Part shown: piece after piece, positions 62,148 to 64,000 of the stretch
Layout: every line of letters starts with the position of its first letter
Position numbering within the stretch: the stretch's first letter is position 1
Assembly (NCBI GenBank): GCA_963422415.1
Contig: OY729430.1
Location: forward strand, 2,517,598 to 2,581,597
Length of the DNA stretch: 64,000 bases
Direction: 5' to 3'
Source: Caldilineaceae bacterium
GTDB lineage: Bacteria > Chloroflexota > Anaerolineae > Caldilineales > Caldilineaceae
Position numbers and translations under genes: made by a program
The notes under the pieces: generated by a model
Seen by the model: the letters and a program-made list of their open reading frames with translations, nothing else
Told to the model about the DNA's origin: nothing
Database searches by the model: none

Positions 62148-63920
62148 CTACTCTTGAGAGTTGTGCAATTCATCCAGCGAGGTGTGCAGGGTGCAGGACC
62201 CGGCTCTGTGGGAACGGACATGCACACTTACGTCGGCATTGCCGGGACCGCGCACCAGCCATTCGGCCTGGGCGGCGGATTCACCCCAAGGCCGTCGCCA
62301 AGGATCATAGGGCATGCGTCTTTCCTCCCGCCCGGCCAAATCGCCTATCTTGACCTTGGGAGGGCCCATGAGTATTTCACAGTCTGCGTCGACTTCAAGC
62401 GAAACCGTAACATCGCCGTTCCGGTTGAGGATCTGAGTCTGATGCGTGAGATGCGTGGCCAGATACCCCAGGTTTTCCACTTGGGCCTGCACGATATACA
62501 GATCCGGACCGACAGGTTGTGCCCTGACAGCGCGCAGACGCAACAGGGGTGAGGCAAGAGCGTGCCGCACGGCAAAGAGCACGTTGGGCTGGGCCACTTG
62601 CGCAATCAGTCTGGGAGGCGGATTCCGATGGATATAGAACGGATCCCAGCCCCCGAGTAGCACGACACCCAGTTGGGGATGCTCGAATTCACGCCAGTCC
62701 CGATGCGCCCGGGGGCTGTGGGCGTCGGCCCACTGCAGGAACCGAATTTGTTCGGACTCGTTGTGAGGCCGAGTGGAAAAGTATTGGGGCTTGGGTATAC
62801 CCACTTCGGTTTCGATATCCCACACCTCGCTGGACAAGGCCGGAATGCCGAAGCGATCATAAAGCCAATCCGAAAAGACGCCATGCCGCGGACTGCGCAG
62901 GTTGGGGGTGAAGTCTTCGTAGGTGGAGATTAGGGGATACCCTGTAAGCTCCGTGCCGATGGCGCCCAACGCCTGGAAAATTTCCAGGTCGGCCGCCGGC
63001 AATTCCGAATCCCGCTTGAATCCGGAAGGACGCAGGATCAGGCCGCCATGGCTGTGATATGCCTGAGCCCCCGTGATGTTGGCATGAGACAACACGAAAC
63101 GCGCCATGGCCATGGCTTCGGGTTCGTTGAGCGGGAAGTCGCCGGACCCGTACTCGCCCCCTTCCGGCTCCCAATTGACGGGAAATTGGCGATTCAGATT
63201 GCCGTGGCAAGGAGGAATGATGGGCAGTGTAACCCCATCCCAGTCCCGCAACATGCCTTCCGGCAGCATGCGATAGTACTGTCCGTCCGCCTCCCAAGGC
63301 TGCCGTGGAATGAGCAGGCGCGGCTCGCGGGATGAGCGTTTCCATTCCCCGCGCAAGTCGGGAATGGCCATCTGCCGGATTTCGCCATCTCCGTTCACAT
63401 CCTCCAGATGGAGACCCGTGGGATACTCGTCCGCGGGATGATAGCGGCCGGTGCCCACTGTACGATAAGGGGAGGTCAGGCAGAGTTCGGCCCCATCCGG
63501 ATTCACGCGCGGCAGCACATACACAGCCCGCGTATCCAGCAAGCGCGTGACATCCGGATCCCGTCCGTACTCGCTGAGCAGAAAATCGATGGTATAGAGC
63601 GTGATGGCGGAGGTGATCACCTCCTCGCCATGATTGTTGCCATCAATGTAGAACCCGGGCTTGTTGTCATGGGAGCCTGTCGCCTGATTGGTCAAGGTGA
63701 CCGCCCAGATCTCCCGTCCGTGAAAACTCGATCCGATTGCGTCAAGACAGGCCAAGGAGGGAAAGGCGGCCACCAATTCCTGCAAGGCAGCCGTAAACTC
63801 CTCGTGGACGAGATAGCGATCGTGTTGTAGTTGCATGAGTCTGGAACGGGATCGTTGAAGGGAGCCAGAGAGGTCAATGGGAGCGGAGTGACGACTCCCG
63901 CGGGATGTCCCGACGGACAT
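62148..63920 (-). CDS. M14-family zinc carboxypeptidase
   Basis: GREIWAVTLTN, YIDGNNHGEEV (HxxE zinc site), AYHSHGG. The start is uncertain (63920 or MQLQHDRY at 63836). It lies 5 nt upstream of the HyuB paralogue on the same strand. Confidence 0.8.
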   Translation of the reverse strand: MSVGTSRGSRHSAPIDLSGSLQRSRSRLMQLQHDRYLVHEEFTAALQELVAAFPSLACLDAIGSSFHGREIWAVTLTNQATGSHDNKPGFYIDGNNHGEEVITSAITLYTIDFLLSEYGRDPDVTRLLDTRAVYVLPRVNPDGAELCLTSPYRTVGTGRYHPADEYPTGLHLEDVNGDGEIRQMAIPDLRGEWKRSSREPRLLIPRQPWEADGQYYRMLPEGMLRDWDGVTLPIIPPCHGNLNRQFPVNWEPEGGEYGSGDFPLNEPEAMAMARFVLSHANITGAQAYHSHGGLILRPSGFKRDSELPAADLEIFQALGAIGTELTGYPLISTYEDFTPNLRSPRHGVFSDWLYDRFGIPALSSEVWDIETEVGIPKPQYFSTRPHNESEQIRFLQWADAHSPRAHRDWREFEHPQLGVVLLGGWDPFYIHRNPPPRLIAQVAQPNVLFAVRHALASPLLRLRAVRAQPVGPDLYIVQAQVENLGYLATHLTHQTQILNRNGDVTVSLEVDADCEILMGPPKVKIGDLAGREERRMPYDPWRRPWGESAAQAEWLVRGPGNADVSVHVRSHRAGSCTLHTSLDELHNSQE

Positions 63921-64000
63921 GTGCCGGGACGGATCAACCCCTATGTTGGCCAGAAGCGACGATACATTGTAACGGTACGCAAGCGAAAGGATCGCCCCAT

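Overview
High-GC (roughly 60% by eye) bacterial chromosomal window. The gene content (Uma2 and Rpn/DUF4351 nucleases, pentapeptide-repeat and LRR proteins) suggests a Chloroflexota-like organism, but that is only a guess. I count about 50 protein-coding genes and saw no rRNA, tRNA or CRISPR array. Left to right:
- rhamnose catabolism (partial L-rhamnose isomerase, rhaB)
- a Uma2 nuclease
- a decayed ars locus (intact arsR, multiply disrupted arsM)
- a 9-gene polyol/sugar-acid oxidoreductase cluster (4.7-13.8 kb)
- a 14.5-kb accessory island (13.8-28.4 kb)
- an Opp/Dpp-type ABC importer with a PfkB kinase, a TIM-barrel enzyme and a YjhG/YagF-type dehydratase (28.6-38.8 kb)
- an assimilatory sulfite/APS-reduction plus siroheme operon carrying two unexpected inserted genes (38.7-45.6 kb)
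- an orphan-HyuB / cyclic amidohydrolase / Gfo / M24 cluster (46.3-53.0 kb)
- an Rpn-family nuclease, an aldo-keto reductase and a MOSC protein
- a CUT1-type sugar ABC importer
- a second orphan HyuB with an M14 carboxypeptidase

The best candidate for an undescribed system is the island. It holds two ~1000-aa Cys-capped leucine-rich-repeat proteins flanking an 1166-aa M23-peptidase/SH3b/FN3 protein, plus a divergent membrane-anchored pentapeptide-repeat protein. The three minus-strand proteins share an uncharacterised ~120-aa module. They are built from near-identical in-frame tandem DNA repeats and are separated by unusually long ORF-poor spacers. All calls come from reading the translations and sequence by eye. 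No database search or computation was run. Several start codons were moved relative to the ORF track, using overlaps and Shine-Dalgarno motifs.
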